DNA of 64,000 bases from Phoronis australis (GCA_002633005.1 NMRA01000668.1:124001-188000), one strand, 5' to 3'. Numbered from the stretch's first letter, positions 51,020 to 64,000 are shown. Notes: generated by a model from the letters alone, not told the origin. A program made the numbers and translations.

Positions 51020-53937
51020 GCCTTTTTGTATAGCTCCTGGTTGTTCGAACTCTTCGAAAAAGGTGTCTTCTACAGGAAGGTCATTGTATACCATCGCTGG
51101 GTTGCCCAAGCCTTGGCCCAAAGCTGAATACAAAATATAGGTCTACAGGTTTGCGCCGATATGGGATAAAACTGGTCAAACAAAGTCTGACTCAAAATCA
51201 GTGTCATATGGTTAAAAATGGAAAAATAAAATCTGAATGGAAATTAGTGTTATTAAAATTACTCTCAATTGAGTAAACTAGCTTTTTACGGGTGTTGGAA
51301 AAGTTGACGGTCGTTAATCGGCTGCTGCTAAAATCGTGAATTGGCTTTTTGCTATTACAACTGTACGTCACATGACCTTTACCAGTTTCTTTTCCCCCGA
51401 TTCTTTTATCAACTGTTCTTCACTGCCAGCACAGAGTTGCATAGGCCTACATATCACAACAAATTCTCCGAACTTGGTTTCATTTTGTTACAAATTTTTA
51501 ATATTTTAATACAAACAAACTAAATTTTAGAGTAAAGCTTGCTGCTGCGAAGCTGTCATTATCTCCCCGGCCAAAGACGTCGCACAATTTTAGGAAATGG
51601 CGCGTGCGCCGTGTCACGAGCGTGCTGTTTTTGAAACTGACATCTCTTTCCTTGTTACAAAAGGCTCGTTTGAGCCCCCCTTGGGTGCGCGCTTGCTACT
51701 TAAACGGCTGCAACGAACAAGGTGAGTGTCAGTTGAGTCTACCAGATTTTGCATGCACCCCCGCCGGTGCGTTAGCTCCACACAAGTTTTACGACAAGGT
51801 GACGAGCATACAATGTGTAAGTTAAATACAACCGGGTAGTCAACACCAACGGGCTGTGTGAAATTTCGGGGTCTAACGGAGCTCAACACACATTGGTACG
51901 ATAGTGTTCAAACAGCTATAGTCGGTAACTAACCAACCATTCAAGTTTACAGAGCTGAGTATTGACTGACAGCTGGCTGGCTTACTAGAGTCCACACTGC
52001 CCAGAGTCACACCAGGGTAAATTATTGACACGTACTGGTTGCACCGGGAAATTTTCGTTTGACGTTGACGACGACTTGGTTTCACTTTGTGTTGCCTCGG
52101 CTCAAACAGGTATCCTTGGCGACCCGTCATTTCACACTAGAATTTCTTATTCCGACCATTTGAAGAACGCCACTTGGCTGTACGCTAAATTGGACAATGA
52201 TTTGACCCCACCAAGTACATGTACATCACGAGAAACAGCGCTCCAAACGGGTGCCTTTTTATAGCTTCGTTAGAGAATATAAGATTAGTTTTTGATGTTG
52301 ATTTTTTGTGAAATTAATCAACAACTCATAGAAAACTATCCAAAATCCAACCAGAATAAAAATACAGTTCCCTTTGAAGATAAAACAATATTTAGGGGGC
52401 CCGTCAAAAGGCCGTCAATGTCCGGAACGCTGATTTCAACCAATCCATTTTAAAATATTGGATTAAGTAACAAAAAATAGCACGTGTTGCAAAGACTACA
52501 AGAGGTTGCATAGGTCAAACTAATAATGATAACATTAGTTAAAGTCCTGCTCTCAAACTGCCCATGTGGTTCCAGTATCCGAAAATACTTACCACATAAA
52601 ATCTTATTTTCGACACCCTTTCTTTAAATTATTTTCACCTTTCTTGCCCAAAGCGATTTTTTAACCGTATTTGACCCTTCTCTGTGAGCGTATAATTACC
52701 GGCTTTCATCGGTTATTTCCGTACCCACATTTCCGGCTCATCAGTTCAAGAACTTGTCCTGAACCCCTCTTTTTTTCCTTGTAACTGAATGTGCTATCGC
52801 TTGCTCGAAAAGTATTCATAATTTTGTTTTATTAGTAATATCTCGTGATTAGCTTGCAAGTAGTGTATTTATTGTTTGTAGTTAGTGGTCGTTAATTTTT
52901 TGGAATGTTACGCGTACTTATTATGTTAAAATAGCATTGGTGTTTAGTTCCTTACGTAGGAACCAATATGGATCGAATCAATTTTTTTTCGCTTTGATTT
53001 TTTTCTCGTTTTGAAAAAGTACTTTGCTATCATCAGAAAGTTAGTGCATTCTACTCAGAAAAAATCGAAAAAGTATCAAAATCTGGGCAAGCACTGTTAA
53101 GATATTGCAATTTTTGTGGCTAAATTTTGGTCACTTTGTTTAGATCGCGTCGGCCATATTGGAGGACAGCGGGATAAGTTACAAGTTTAAAACTTTGTGT
53201 AAATTGTTTTCGCCAACAAATTACGGTGAAATTTAGTTAGACTTATCTTTGCTTGCTATTCTGCTCGATTGAACAGTGTTCACCAAATTTCAGCCTCTCA
53301 GTTGTTACTCATTAAGTGATAAATGTGTTCACAATTCCCGTTGGATTTCGTCTCATTTCTGGCGGCACCGACAACATGGCGACTTTTGCTGAGCTAAAAG
53401 GCATGTTCAATCGACTACTTTGTAATTTGTGAACATTTAACGTTGATACATTTTGACAAAAGTTGCTACAAAAACGGAACTTTGTTCAATTTTCGTGTTT
53501 TTTGTGAACAAATATAAGATATATTGGAATTATTTTACTGTGAATTTCCCATTCAGGTGATCTTAAACTAAGCTAAAAATAGTTGAAATAATTTTGAAAT
53601 GGTTTTTGTTTGACTGTCAACTGCTGTTCAAGGCTTGATTCGGTGTCACAAAATGATTCACATTTTTCTAAATTTTAAGTCTCAGTTGCTTTCAAGTCAT
53701 GTTTTGTAACTTGTTGCTTCTTTATTCAGGTTATCAAGTCAACAATATGAATAATCTTAATTTGGGAAATAAGCTATGTTGGATTGTGAAGCTTCAAGCA
53801 TCCAATTCCTGCTCCTTGCAACTTCATATTTTTTTTAATCATGCTTGTCAAATTCTGGTGTAAGGAAACATTATTCGGTCACCATGGTAATAGTTACATG
53901 TAAGTCCACTTTCATAACAGGGAAACTTTTGCTGTTG

Positions 53938-54156
53938 CATTCGCGCACCCAGGGGGGGGCTCGAAGGAGCCCCCCATTTGGCAAAGTGGGTAAAAAAGTC
54001 CGCCCCTGAGAGACAAAAAGCCCACTAAAGAAGTGCAAACGCGCAATTTACAGTGGTGTCCCCGTTTTTTTTTTAATCCGCCCACTCATTTTTTTAGCAA
54101 AAGCCCCACATCGCCGGGAATTCGAGCCCCCATATTGAAGGCTGGGTGCGCGCATG
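53938..54156 (+). mobile_element. CATGCGCGCACCC-family MITE with perfect 5-bp TSD TGTTG
   Basis: TGTTG|CATTCGCGCACCCAG...CTGGGTGCGCGCATG|TGTTG; partial relatives at ~54290-54522 and ~51660-51694. Confidence 0.85.
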
Positions 54157-56016
54157 TGTTGAATAGTGTTTGTAATGCTAAATGTTGTAAAGTATTGTAC
54201 ATTTTAAGTTACTTATTATGTTAAACGTTTGAATCATTTTGGGTTAATGAATAAAAATGATAAAATTTTGTATTGGATTTGTCATACTTATGTGCTCGAA
54301 CAAGCCCCCTATTTGGAGAAATGGAAAAAGTTCTGCCTCAGTCAGAGAAGCACGAATTACGAAAAAAGTATAAAATAACACAATATTCCACTAGAAGACA
54401 GGAAGCACCAAAATTTAGCGTCTGCATTTCATAGGTCTGAACATACCCAGTGAATCTTATAGTAAAAGATAGTCATTCCCAAAAATTCCAGCCCCCCATT
54501 CTTTTAGGCTTGGTGCGCTCATACAAAGTCTGGGCAAATCTCTATTGAAAGCCAACAACTTTGCACAGTTCGCCAGAAGTACCCAAGTTCTAAATAAACC
54601 TCGTTTGAGCGAGCGCTGTGGCCAGCGACCAGTTAGACCTAAGGGTAGCCATGGCGCAAAGCTGACGTGCGTTCAGTAGACGCTAGGGCCTACGCTAGGA
54701 CCTAGCCCAAACCTAGTCAAAGTGACGTGTTCTCATTTAAAATGCATGTAATCTCGCGAAGTCTTGCTTTTTAGCGAGGTCCTAGCGTTACTGAACGGGA
54801 GGCTGTATAAGCCTACTCACAAGCTGTATTTTGACGATACATGTAGTCTTCACTGGTAGCTGGCGCTGAGGCTAGCTAAGGTATGCCGCTGCAGTGTGAC
54901 ACAAGACTGACCAGCCCGTAATTTCATGCAAGTGTCTGAAACTATCCTTGAATATATGCGGCATTTATGATTTGAACATTTTACTTCGACAAAACAGCTT
55001 GCAACCGCATGCATTTACCGTTCGCCAGTGTCTGGTCTCAATCCGCACCGGGTCCGATAGGCTGCGGTCCCGAGTCTGGCAAACTAATTTCTGTCAAAAA
55101 TAATTAGCCACATTTCTTCAGCAAATTCGATAAAATTGTCCGAATTTTGATTTTATTAAAATTAAGGCGCGCTGTCGATTATTTTATCCCCGTTTGCTGG
55201 CTGGTAACAGGCACTGCTCCGGTCACTGACACAGACGGCGTTTTCTCGGCCTGGGTTCCTGAACGAATTGTACTTCCGGGTTCGCGGCAAGTTCAAAATG
55301 GCAAATCTTGAGTGGCGCGTTCATTTAAACTTTTTTCGAGTACGGATTGTGTATTGGTTATGGGGTAGGTACTTCTCGGATCCTTATAACATCCTCTGAC
55401 CATGTAATAAGGGTTAACAACGCGTGCGACCAGGTCTGTAAAACTGGGTGACATTATATTCGAATACGGGACTTATCGGTGCAACCGTTATGCACTGGCA
55501 ATTTTTTTAGTTATTGATTCTCTTGAACTGTATTTGACATACATCGTGCAAAAGTCAAATTAGTTGAAGGTCACTTGGGCTTGCTGTTTTAACAAAATCT
55601 CACATACGCTCCAGCACGTTGTAAATTCGTACATTTATGCCAGGTAATGGATTTACATTAAAGGAACATGTTACGGTCATTTTTACTTGAAAGGGAAATT
55701 ATTCTGAAGAACAGTAAAATTACCAATTAACGAAAAACAAAGATAATATTACCATGTTTATCGTTAATTCAATAATTTTATGTGAAGTGTCTAATCTTAT
55801 TTGAGCACAATGAAACAAGGGTTATAGGGCAATTGATATAAGCAATATGAATATTTTGGGAAGATGTAAACAACTGTTTTGTCAAAAATTCAACAAATTC
55901 GAATTTGAACTTTAAAACTGCTCCTCAATACATGTAGTTTTAAAAAAGAAATATAGAAAAGCGATTTTTACTATTAGCTGATTTGCATATCATAAAACAA
56001 CAGCCAAACTATGTCA

Positions 56017-56079
56017 GTGCAATATAATTTCCTTATAACTGTGCTATTATAGCACAGTTATAAGGAAATTATATTGCAC
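56017..56079. repeat. Perfect inverted repeat, 31-bp arms with a 1-nt spacer
   Basis: GTGCAATATAATTTCCTTATAACTGTGCTAT-T-ATAGCACAGTTATAAGGAAATTATATTGCAC. Confidence 0.95.
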
Positions 56080-56382
56080 GATTCCCTTACTTTTGGACAG
56101 CTTCCAGCATATTTCAACATGTGAGCAGAAGAGTCGGTTTACTACTTTCATTTATCTAGCTCAGTGACCAAAACTCAGCGCTCCAATGATGGCATGAACA
56201 AGTCGTGCATACATGCATGCTGCTCGCTAACATATTTTAATTTCCCTTTTACGTTTTATAACAAATCAAAATCGACCCTTGTAGTACTGTCACGCCTCAC
56301 GTCGGCGTAGCTAGCAGTTAAATTGACGAGAAATTGTTACTACTGAATTACCATTATTTGTTCTTACAGTATCGTCTGAACT

Positions 56383-58937
56383 CTACCCTAGCATGTGAAG
56401 ACTGGCTCCGGCAGACTGAGCGGAAGAGACCACCAGTGGTCCAACGGTCAAGACGGCGGTTTCAGCAAACGCTGTGGAGCGTTCAGAGCACGGCGAGGCA
56501 CCAAAGAAATCATGGTCATCCACTGCAGCGGGGGTGGCCTCCAGCCGAAACAGTTTTCTGTGCCACTGGATCAAGGTTTCCTCAGCCGAGAGAGTGGGAT
56601 TGCACCAGTGCAACGGCTTTACCACTTTAAAAACCATCACGCACAGGTTTGTTGTGTGATTCATCATTTGCCGTGACAGAAACCGCAGAAACGGTACTGG
56701 GACCGAATCCTTGGGTGCACCAAGACTGGTTTGATGAAAACGATGAAGCCATTTCTACAACCCTTGATGCCAAGAAGAAAGCCTATGTAGAGTGGCAGAA
56801 TGATCCATCGTCCGTCTCAAAGAAGGACAGGTTCAAACACTTACAGAGCAAAGCGCAGCTGGAACTGAGGGAAATGCAAGATCAGTGGTGGCAGAGAAAG
56901 GCTGAAGAAGTTCAAAAACATGCTGACTCCCACAACTCTAAAAAGTTCTTCAGCGCCCTAAAATCAGTGTATGGCCCTTCTAGAACAGGATGCTCTCCTT
57001 TGTTGTCTTCTGACGGATCGAGCCTCATCAAAGACCAGGAAGGACTGAGAGACCGCTGGGATGAACACTTCAGCACTCTGCTAAACAGACCATCCACAGT
57101 TGACCCTTCTGCTCTAGAACAGATCCCGCAGCAACCCATGCTTGAAGAACTGGACTTAACACCGTCCATAGAGGAGATTGAGAAAGCCATATCCCAGATG
57201 AATAGTGACAGAGCCTCAGGAAAGGATGGCGTCCCTGCTGAGATCTATAAGGCAGCAGGTCCAGTCACTATATCAGCCTTCCACGACATCCTGAACAGCA
57301 TCTGGGAGGAAGAGGTCACGCTAGACGACTTCCGCGACGCCTTGATCGGTGCTCTCTATAAAAACAAGGGAAGCAAAGCGGACTGTGGAAACTACAGGGG
57401 CATCTCATTGCTCTCTATCGCCGGCAAGATCTTCGCTCGCGTCATTCTAAACAGACTTGTCAACGTCTCAGAGCAAAATCTACCGGAATCGCAGTGTGGC
57501 TAGGACGCAGTGCGGTGGACATGATCTTCGCTCTGAGGCAGGTTCAAGAGAAGTGCATTGAACAGAACATGGCCCTCTACTCAGTGTTCATAGACCTGAC
57601 TAAGGCCTTCGACACTGTCAACCGACAGGCGCTGTGGACAGTCCTGAGTCGATATGGCTGCCCCCGAAAGTTTGTTAAGATGGTGCGACTCTTCCATGAT
57701 GGCATGTCAGGTCAGGTCCTCGTAAGCGGCGATACTTCAGCCACCTTTGACATCTCAAATGGAGTGAAGAAGGGGTGTGTGCTCGCGCCTGTTCTGTTCA
57801 ACCTCTTCTTCACGTGCATGTTGACCCAAGCTGTGCAGGGACTAGAAGAGGGTGTGTACATCAAATATCACCTCGACTGCTCCCTCTTCGATCTAAGGCA
57901 CCTTAGTGCCAAGACAAAGTGCCTGGAAAAACTAATCCAGGACGCCCTTTTCGCGGATGATTGTGCGCTCCTTTCCCACAAAGAGAATGACCTACAACTC
58001 ATGCTAGACAGCTTCTCGAATGCTTCCAAAGCATTCGGCTTGACCATAAGCCTCGGCAAGACAGAAGTGCTTCTTCAACCTGCACCCAACACCAATCCCC
58101 CTGAGTCAGTCATTACCATCGACAACAATCAACTCCTCAATGTGGAGCACTTCAAATACCTGGGGAGCGTCATCTCAAAAGATGGCAGCTTAGACAAAGA
58201 GATTGCTTCCAGGATAAACAAGGCGAGCCAAGCACTCGGAAGACTGAGAACACGGGTGCTCAACGAACACAACATCCGCCTGTCTACTAAACTGAAGGTG
58301 TATCCTTCAGTGGTCCTGACCTCCCTGCTCTATGGTTGCGAGTCATGGACCCTCTGCCGCAGGCACATCAAGAAGCTTGAAAGCTTCCACATGCGTTCTC
58401 TTCGCTCCATCCTAGGAATCCTATGGCAGGACCGGATCACCAACCTTGAGGTCCTAGAACGTGCCCAGTCAACCAGCATTGAAGCGATGCTACTCAAGGC
58501 CCAACTGCGATGGGTGGGGCACATCATCAGGATGGAGGACTACAGAATGCCTCGCCAGCTTTTGTATGGCGAGCTGAAGACTGGGAGAAGGAAGCAAGGA
58601 CGCCTTCGCCTTCGCTACAAAGACACCGTCAAAGCCAACCTGAAGTGGTGCAACATCAAACCCAAGAAGCTGAAAGCTGTTGCAGGAGAGAGACGAAAGT
58701 GGCGAGCCACGATTCGAAAAGCAACTGCCAGTTTTGAGGATGGCCGCTGTAAGAGACTCGAAGCTGCTCGAGAGAAACGCCACTCAGCAGCATCCACCAC
58801 TGTTTCCACGATGGAGTTCCAATGCCCCACCTGTGCTCGAGTCTGCGCGTCAAGACTGGGACTGCAGAGCCATCTTCGTGTACATAGACGATGAGACACA
58901 CAACCTACATCATCTTCGGACCCGAAGGACTACCAAC
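56383..58937 (+). mobile_element. RTE-clade (BovB-like) LINE, internally deleted, with 12-bp TSD ATCGTCTGAACT
   Basis: TSD at 56371-56382 and 58938-58949; RTE-like 5' leader at 56383-~56672 fused to mid-ORF; 3' stem-loop CTTCGGACCCGAAG and a short tail. Confidence 0.93.
56673..58894 (+). pseudogene. RTE reverse transcriptase ORF lacking the APE endonuclease; one frameshift at ~57500
   Basis: QDWFDEND, NYRGISLLSIAGK, LPESQCG/(FR)xGRS, FIDLTKAFD, GVKKGCVLAP, LFADD, FKYLGS, and C-terminal CPTC...H...H zinc finger. A short deletion breaks the QCGFRxGRS motif. Confidence 0.93.
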
Positions 58938-59377
58938 ATCGTCTGAACTAATTTAAAATCCGTTTTATAACTAAAAGGAAGAGTAAGGTGTATCTTTGAA
59001 TATGAATTCTAATTGCTATATGTAACTACACAGTGTTTTATGCCCAACATGTATGTCAGAGACTGAGTATGAGTTTGTTTAAAAGGTACATGTTGCAGTG
59101 CTTTGAGATTGTAAGTAGATGTTGGCGAATGATTACATCTAGTAATTAATTTATTATATGATAACCACTAATTAGACGAGTGAAACCAACTACAAATAAG
59201 AGTAACTACGCTAGCGGCCTCTTTAAAGATTACTTCAATCAATCGACAATATAATCAAATGTATTATATGCTATCCAAGCTGTAGGACTGTTTACTTGTT
59301 GGATGGCTGTCCTGTTAGTGAATCTTCGAACTACACACACTGTATTGCGACAGTGCACTCGCTGGGTATACTTCTTT

Positions 59378-59522
59378 GTGACACAACACTTGCAGGCAGT
59401 ATCTTCTACCCACAATTCCTTTTGCTGGCCACAGTCTCTCGTGACGCAACACTTGCAGGAAGTATCTCCTACCTACGTCCTTCATGACACAACACATACA
59501 GGCAGTATCTTACTACCCACGA
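59378..59522. repeat. Three degenerate tandem copies of a ~36-bp core
   Basis: TGACACAACACTTGCAGGCAGTATCTTCTACCCAC-like cores at ~59379, ~59443 and ~59485. Confidence 0.8.
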
Positions 59523-61327
59523 TGCAAGTGAAAAGCTCTTAGTTATCTCCCTGTTTGTTAACCCTTGCCCTTGCCAAGATCCTCTTTAGAATCTTCCACA
59601 AGATGAATATGTTGTACAATTTCCTCTGTACACTGTCGGAAGCGTTTTAGATTCAGCCAATATAGCTCATCTGATTATACTCGTTATTTCAGCCCACATT
59701 ATAGTATTCGACTTATTTAGCGATTGGCTAATAAAAACCGCATGATCTTATTTAATCATATCGTTGGCTGTTACAATTTGCTCTCAGAAATTTCTAGAAT
59801 CTCTAGAATGCTTTGACCCCAGAACCAAAGTTGTAAACCCGATCTAAAAATAGATTTTAGATGTCATCAAATTTGATCCCATGATTTAAAAGTACATAAT
59901 TTATACACGAATTTTGGGCCACTTAAAATGGATCTATTCTTACTAATTACTTAATCTATATTTATTCTGACAATGTAACTAGCGAACCAATTTACAGCAT
60001 TTTTTTCTTGATGACGTAGTAATTCTATGTTTGTAGTAATATATTGTTATATTTCAGCCAACTCGTAAAAGGCTTTGGATACGTCAGAAAATATAATGAA
60101 CGGGGGTTTTCATTAAAAGAAGTAGTTTGGCATTTCACATTAAGTTCTAAAGACGCAAGTTTAGTGGATTGTTTATGGCGAAAACCGTACTAATATTGAC
60201 GCAGAGGAGAGTGTGAACAGACGTAGAAAATTTTCCTGAAACTTTGGTCGAAAAAATATCAAGGAGACATTTGAGCTTTAATTTGGTAAATGTTCACAGA
60301 GGTCATGTTATAATTAACAACACAACTTTTACAACTTATAGTTTTTCCAAGAAACGCCGTTTGTAAATGATTTGTTAATGATAATGTATAAGCTTTTTGC
60401 TAATCGAATACAACATGCTTTTACGAATTTGAGGTTGTTTTTTTCAACGTGTGCCTCAACTTGGGTTTTAAGATGGATAATGTTTTTCAAATTTAATCTT
60501 TATAAGTATACGAAGCCTTTAATTTGCGTTACACAGGTATATTGATGGCTCTTTAGGCATATAAAAGCTCAGAAAGATGCACAAGGTATTATTCGTTAAT
60601 TATACACTGTTCGGTTGGTTTTGGTTAAATATCATGGACAGGATTTTAACTAAAACTTGTTCAGCCAAAACCTAAGCCCAATTAATGCTCGTTTAACTTA
60701 ACTCCAAATTTTTACAAACAGAATCAATATGAATGCTTAGTTTTCTTTTTGGTGGTGCAGCACTATCTAAAATGGCCGCCGTAGTGAGTGATATCTTCCT
60801 CACTATATAATGAGGTTTATCCGGAAACCCTGCTGAATATTAAAAACAGAAAAATAATAAAAAGGCAAACACAAACAAGGCAAAAATCTACGAAATGTTG
60901 CTACTTTGTTGACAACTTTCAACTGATAGTACTCATCCTGTATTCTAAATAATATGAATGCAAAGTACAGACTATCTTTAACACAGAAAATGAGAAACAG
61001 TATTGTAAATAGTGAGGAATGATATGATTCAAGTGTCATTGTGTTTTGTAAAAGTAAAAACTACTTTCTTACACTGTTACATGAAATTTGACTTCTGAGT
61101 TCAACTAATCATGCGAATAGAACTTGGAATGGGACATGCATAAAATGTCAAAAGTATTCAGGGTCTGGTCTTAAATCTATAAGTTTTATTTTTGTTGTAT
61201 TGCTTTAATAACAGAGAGAGCCTGATCGGCATGACCTGTGAGTTTAGGTCAGCAATGACGTCATTTGTTTACAACAGGATATTAGAGAGCAAACATGAGT
61301 GATTAACATAGAACTGTAGTTTGAAAT

Positions 61328-61367
61328 ATTCTAGAATGGTTGAGAAAATTCCTGAAAGATCTGGAAT
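61328..61367. promoter_or_regulatory. Heat-shock element array (eight in-phase pentamers, six perfect)
   Basis: aTTCt aGAAt ggttg aGAAa aTTCc tGAAa gATCt gGAAt; a second 3-unit HSE lies at 59786-59800. Target gene not identified. Confidence 0.45.
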
Positions 61368-64000
61368 GTGTTTGAATAGATGAAAAGCTCCAAATAACTG
61401 TAAAATGTTTAAATAATTAGCCATACAAAATCAGAAATTACTACCAAGTCAATAGAGAGCCAGCAATAGAGACAATAAGTTATTGAATCAACAACTGTAC
61501 ATGTAACAGTTGGAGAACGTGACTGAGGAGATCATCAAAAGCCAAGGCTTTGCAGCCATGGCTGGAATATTGAACAGAGTTCCGCGGAGAACATGCGGAC
61601 GAGATTACGAACGCAAACCAGTCCTCCATCTATATCGTCCCAAAAGTTATTACACCTTGTCAGTAACAACCTACGGGGTAAAACGTTATACTGTCTCTCC
61701 TGCCTTCTTTAACTGGCCTTTCACCTTGGCGATTTCCTTGTTTGAAAAACACTGAATTCATAATGCACCATACGAAAACTGCAGTTAACATGAAATCACG
61801 TTTTAGCCTAGAAAACTACGCTGATGATACCTCCCACCACCAATAAGACATATTGTGGCAAAATTGATTGTTTAATTCTTCTAAAACACTGAATGTGTTA
61901 GTATTTTATTGATAAAATCCTACAGGATCCACCACCGATACCATACTAGGTCCATAGGTTGCCAGTGCGGAACTTCGCTTACATGCCAAACATGCATGGT
62001 TTCGAATATGCAGCTGTAGGCCAATGGGCCAAAACGCGCTGTAATTCGGTAATAGGAAACTAATTACCAAAATTCTCGAAAATAAGCCAAAGAACTCTAA
62101 AGAGACAGAAGCAAACGCAAGTAAATGCCAATGTGAGACTCAGCGGTAAAAAGCAGGTATGCCTATATGCGAATTAATGTACATGTAGGGCCAATGCAAA
62201 GGACAATGCCGGCTTATGTGCAAATTTAGGACACAACGTTCACGAAGTTATTAACTGTCATCACGTGCAAAAATTCCTAAACACTTTTTTAATACTACGC
62301 CGTAGGGATGAAAGTAGCGAAGTTCAATAAAGTAACCATTGGTATAATGTATGCGCAAGTACAAAGGTCACAGAAGGTAAACAGAGATAGTGGCAAGTTG
62401 AATAATCGGCCTGGTGCGGGGCAACTCTTTCTGGAACTGAAGAGTACGTCGAAAATATGAAGAGATCCTGAAGACGGAAATGCTTCAGCATTTTCCAGGA
62501 CAAGCATTCAGTTCTCCACCGGAAAAGGATTTTACATGGATATCGGTCGAAGCCCGTCCTGGTAAGTTACCAGGGTGTGTAGCTAAGCACAGGGAACAAT
62601 CTCGGTAGTCACACTATCTAGGGCGTAATGAACGTAATCCTACAGGTTTCTTGAGTAGATTTCACAGCGTTACAAAAGATCCCCCGTCGCTTGGTTCCAG
62701 CTTAAAGACAGGGCAAATTTTCCAAACCCATATAGGCTGGATTGCACGCTTTAGGGTACCTGACAAACTGTCTAGGCGGTTCAGCCCAGGTTCTGTTTCT
62801 AGTTTGATTCAGTGCTTATAGGGGTAAGGAGATTGGTCTTTTATGTTCACCTAACCTTGTCGCGATCATAACGAGTTGCGATATCTTTCCAGAACCAGAA
62901 ACAATTTTTCGTATGAATAAGGAAAAAGCTGAGGCCAATCTTTTACAGTAAGCAACCAAAATTAAAAGTTATAACAGTTCAGTGGTAAGTGCCGGAGAAG
63001 TTTCACAGCACAAGCCACATAGCGACAATCACCGCTGGTGATGACCACCACCCGGTGAGAAAGGACACACCACGTTGAAAACAATTCCCTCGTCCTCAGA
63101 TTTGACAAGTATGTGAAGCTGAAAAAATAAGCAACATTACTTTAAGTTGCAGTTTAAACATGAACTCAAAATGAAGAGGGTTGTTGCTTTCAACAACAAT
63201 CTTGTTGATGTCAACATTGCTGCAAATTAGCGTGGTTTTCGAAAAAAAGGTGATTCATTTAATGACCATTTCAGTGTGCACAGTTTTCATCATTAAATGC
63301 ATCGTGTCATTAATTATACTTGTACTAAGCAAATGTGTTTTATAGCACGTTCTCAGAACTCTAATGTCACTGCAGCCTAAGTCTTGTTGTTTGTTCCTGG
63401 TGCAGCGGTGACGATCCTTTAAACTTATGACAAACCCCAATTCTGAGCAGAACACGGATACCACTAATCAATTACTTCTATAGGATACACAATTATGGCA
63501 CAAAAAGCTTTCAAATCAATTAATTTATTTAGTTCCTGCATTAAATGGTCAACACTGACGTCTGGTAATAACTGACATCCAAGGATGATATGTGGAAAGA
63601 CTCATTAGGTTCTCCACCTTCAACATGTAAACTAATGGGTTTTGTTCTTAATTTAGCAGGTGATGAAGAGCAGTGACGTATGTTCAAATTCCAAAAAGGC
63701 GTTGTATAATGCAAAAAACAGCAAGCCCATTACATACCAAACCGAGACTTTACATGTACAACCAATAATGTGAAAATACCCAGTCACATACTGTAAGATA
63801 CTTAATAACTTGTTCAACCTTTAAAACTATTAATGCTCATACTGTTCTGCCTAAGGCTACATGTACACGACTTTAGATTTGAGGAGGTCCCATTCATAGT
63901 ACTTAGTCTTGTACAAACGATAATGACCGCTCACAGGGTCTTGCATTCTGAGATACAGCTGTCTCTAATGAAAAAAACAGGCACCAAACTGTCTGCCCTC

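Noticed and set aside
55260-55330. Housekeeping promoter or first exon (ETS CTTCCGG and YY1-like AAAATGGC)
   Set aside because: No downstream ORF or exon chain could be built, and such motifs are common in transposon ends in this window.
56550-56630. HDV-like ribozyme in the RTE leader (GGT-TTCCTCA-GCC loop, TTGCA/TGCAA hairpin)
   Set aside because: P1 is weak, and no convincing P2 or catalytic J4/2 strand was found by eye; a covariance-model search would be needed.
56383-56667. 5' inversion of the LINE (twin priming), suggested by a minus-strand ORF
   Set aside because: The minus peptide has no endonuclease or RT motifs; the plus strand reads as an RTE-type leader.

Overview
AT-rich eukaryotic genomic DNA, most consistent with a marine invertebrate; the taxon is an inference. 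No prokaryotic genes, rRNA, functional tRNA or CRISPR were seen. Host genes: (1) a two-exon apolipoprotein-L-like gene on the minus strand running off the left edge, with an NF-kB site next to its TATA box and two 1-nt homopolymer frameshifts; (2) a tandem array of three intronless class A GPCR paralogs on the minus strand, two intact and one nonsense pseudogene. In these receptors the canonical sodium-pocket and activation residues are replaced together (His2.50, Pro3.39, Cys7.45, His7.49, loss of Tyr5.58 and Tyr7.53). This is the best candidate for an undescribed system. Most of the rest is transposon-derived: a young, internally deleted RTE LINE with a 12-bp TSD, a decayed KolobokP-like element (HTH/DDE plus KolX) with related TTAA-flanked solo repeats upstream of two GPCR copies, several MITE families, and a minisatellite. 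A ~3.6 kb direct duplication brackets the whole GPCR cluster. All assignments come from manual reading and motif recall; no searches were run.
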